From Tortispora ganteri (Eukaryota), in assembly GCA_003707115.1 (NCBI GenBank), contig PPNB01000033.1, positions 1-64,000 on the forward strand: a stretch of DNA of 64,000 nucleotides, written 5' to 3'. Position 1 is the stretch's first letter; every line of letters starts with the position of its first letter. The notes under the pieces are model-generated. The model worked only from the letters and a program-made list of their open reading frames with translations, made no database searches and had not been told where the DNA came from. Below are positions 63,024 through 64,000 of this stretch, in pieces. The translations under genes and the position numbers were made by a program.

Positions 63024-64000
63024 ATGACTGTGGTGGCAGAAGCAAACGATGAACTAGACAAATACCAAGGATACGATCACGTTACTTGGTATGTAGGCAA
63101 CGCCAAACAGGCAGCTATGTACTACGTATCGTGCTTCGGTTTCAACTTGCTAGCATATAAGGGATTAGAGACAGGATCCAGAAATATTGCATGCCATGTT
63201 GTATCCAATGGAGTGGTGAAGTTTCAATTTGTGTCGATATTGCGTGCGTTGCACTCAATCGAAGGTCCCGAAAAGGAACTCTGTCAAGAAATACATGATC
63301 ACTGCTCTAAGCACGGCGATGGAGTGAAAGATGTCGCATTTGAGGTCGATGACTGCGAAGCGGTGTTCAAAGCTGCTATCAAGCGCGGAGCTAGGCCCGT
63401 GAGAGAGCCATATTCACTCAAAGACCAGTATGGTTCTGTTGTTCTCGCAACTATTGAAACATATGGCGAAACTACTCATACTTTCGTTGAAAGAATCAAT
63501 TATAAGGGGCCATTCCTCCCTACGTATTCTGCGCCGAGAATGGGCCAGGAGTGTCAACTCAGCAGCATTCTGCCGAAGATCGAACTGATGCATATTGATC
63601 ATTGCGTGGGAAACCAAGACTGGGACGAAATGGAAAAGGCTTGCGAATACTATGAAAAGACATTGAATTTCCACAGGTTTTGGTCTGTTGACGATAAAGA
63701 TATTTGTACCGAGTACTCAGCGCTAAAGAGCATTGTGATGGCGTCCCATGACGAACGAATTAAAATGCCGATTAACGAGCCGGCAGTGGGAAAGAAGAAA
63801 AGCCAAATCGAGGAGTTCATTGAGTATTATGACGGACCTGGAGTACAGCACATTGCTATCCGGGTTAAGGATATTCTTGAAACAGTTGACCACATGCGCC
63901 GCCGCGGCGTAGAGTTTATTGCTGTGCCATCTGCATACTATGATAATATCAAGAAGAGGTTGGCAACGTCAAAAGTGAGTATCGAGCAGGATTTCAAAGA
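63024..64000 (+). CDS. HPD: 4-hydroxyphenylpyruvate dioxygenase (runs off the window end; not in the ORF track)
   Basis: Hand translation: MTVVAEAND...GYDHVTWYVGNAKQAA, AYKGLETG, HGDGVKDVAFEV, IDHCVGN, FHRFWSVDD, KMPINEPA, SQIEEF, GVQHIA. Confidence 0.97.
   Translation, partial: MTVVAEANDELDKYQGYDHVTWYVGNAKQAAMYYVSCFGFNLLAYKGLETGSRNIACHVVSNGVVKFQFVSILRALHSIEGPEKELCQEIHDHCSKHGDGVKDVAFEVDDCEAVFKAAIKRGARPVREPYSLKDQYGSVVLATIETYGETTHTFVERINYKGPFLPTYSAPRMGQECQLSSILPKIELMHIDHCVGNQDWDEMEKACEYYEKTLNFHRFWSVDDKDICTEYSALKSIVMASHDERIKMPINEPAVGKKKSQIEEFIEYYDGPGVQHIAIRVKDILETVDHMRRRGVEFIAVPSAYYDNIKKRLATSKVSIEQDFK

Noticed and set aside
1..64000. CRISPR array, prophage or rRNA
   Set aside because: Eukaryotic gene content; no spaced direct repeats or rRNA-like sequence seen.

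Overview
A very gene-dense, intron-poor stretch of a budding-yeast (Saccharomycotina-like) nuclear chromosome. It uses the standard code (CTG falls at conserved Leu positions in IMPDH). An early-diverging lineage is my inference, from the presence of HPD, TTC36, UBR7 and a DUF2433-like gene. I count about 36 protein genes, mostly housekeeping: PEX11 (partial), ENP2, amidase, MED13/SSN2, MMS21, RPN7, IMD, RPS19, BMT2, SAH1, MIX23, ACL4, GAS, SMP3, RKI1, KSP1, RRP17, ERD1, ADE6, VPS75/NAP, EDE1, PGA1, GET5, UFD1, MAF1, MCM2, UBR7 and HPD (partial, missed by the ORF track). There is also an intron-containing tRNA-Pro(AGG) and an snR54-like C/D snoRNA in the IMPDH intron. No CRISPR or intact transposon is visible. 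Best leads: (1) a TTC36-like TPR gene directly upstream of HPD, the two promoters sharing CGG-containing motifs, suggesting an enzyme-plus-dedicated-chaperone module at the edge of a tyrosine-catabolism cluster; (2) a spliced class III pseudo-sirtuin lacking the NAD-binding loop and catalytic His, whose start codon lies inside the 3' end of ENP2 on the same strand; (3) a probably domesticated Mutator-like transposase next to the tRNA; (4) a phosphoesterase-RRM-RGG protein; (5) two unexplained structured non-coding elements. All family assignments are from motif recognition by eye; no searches were run.
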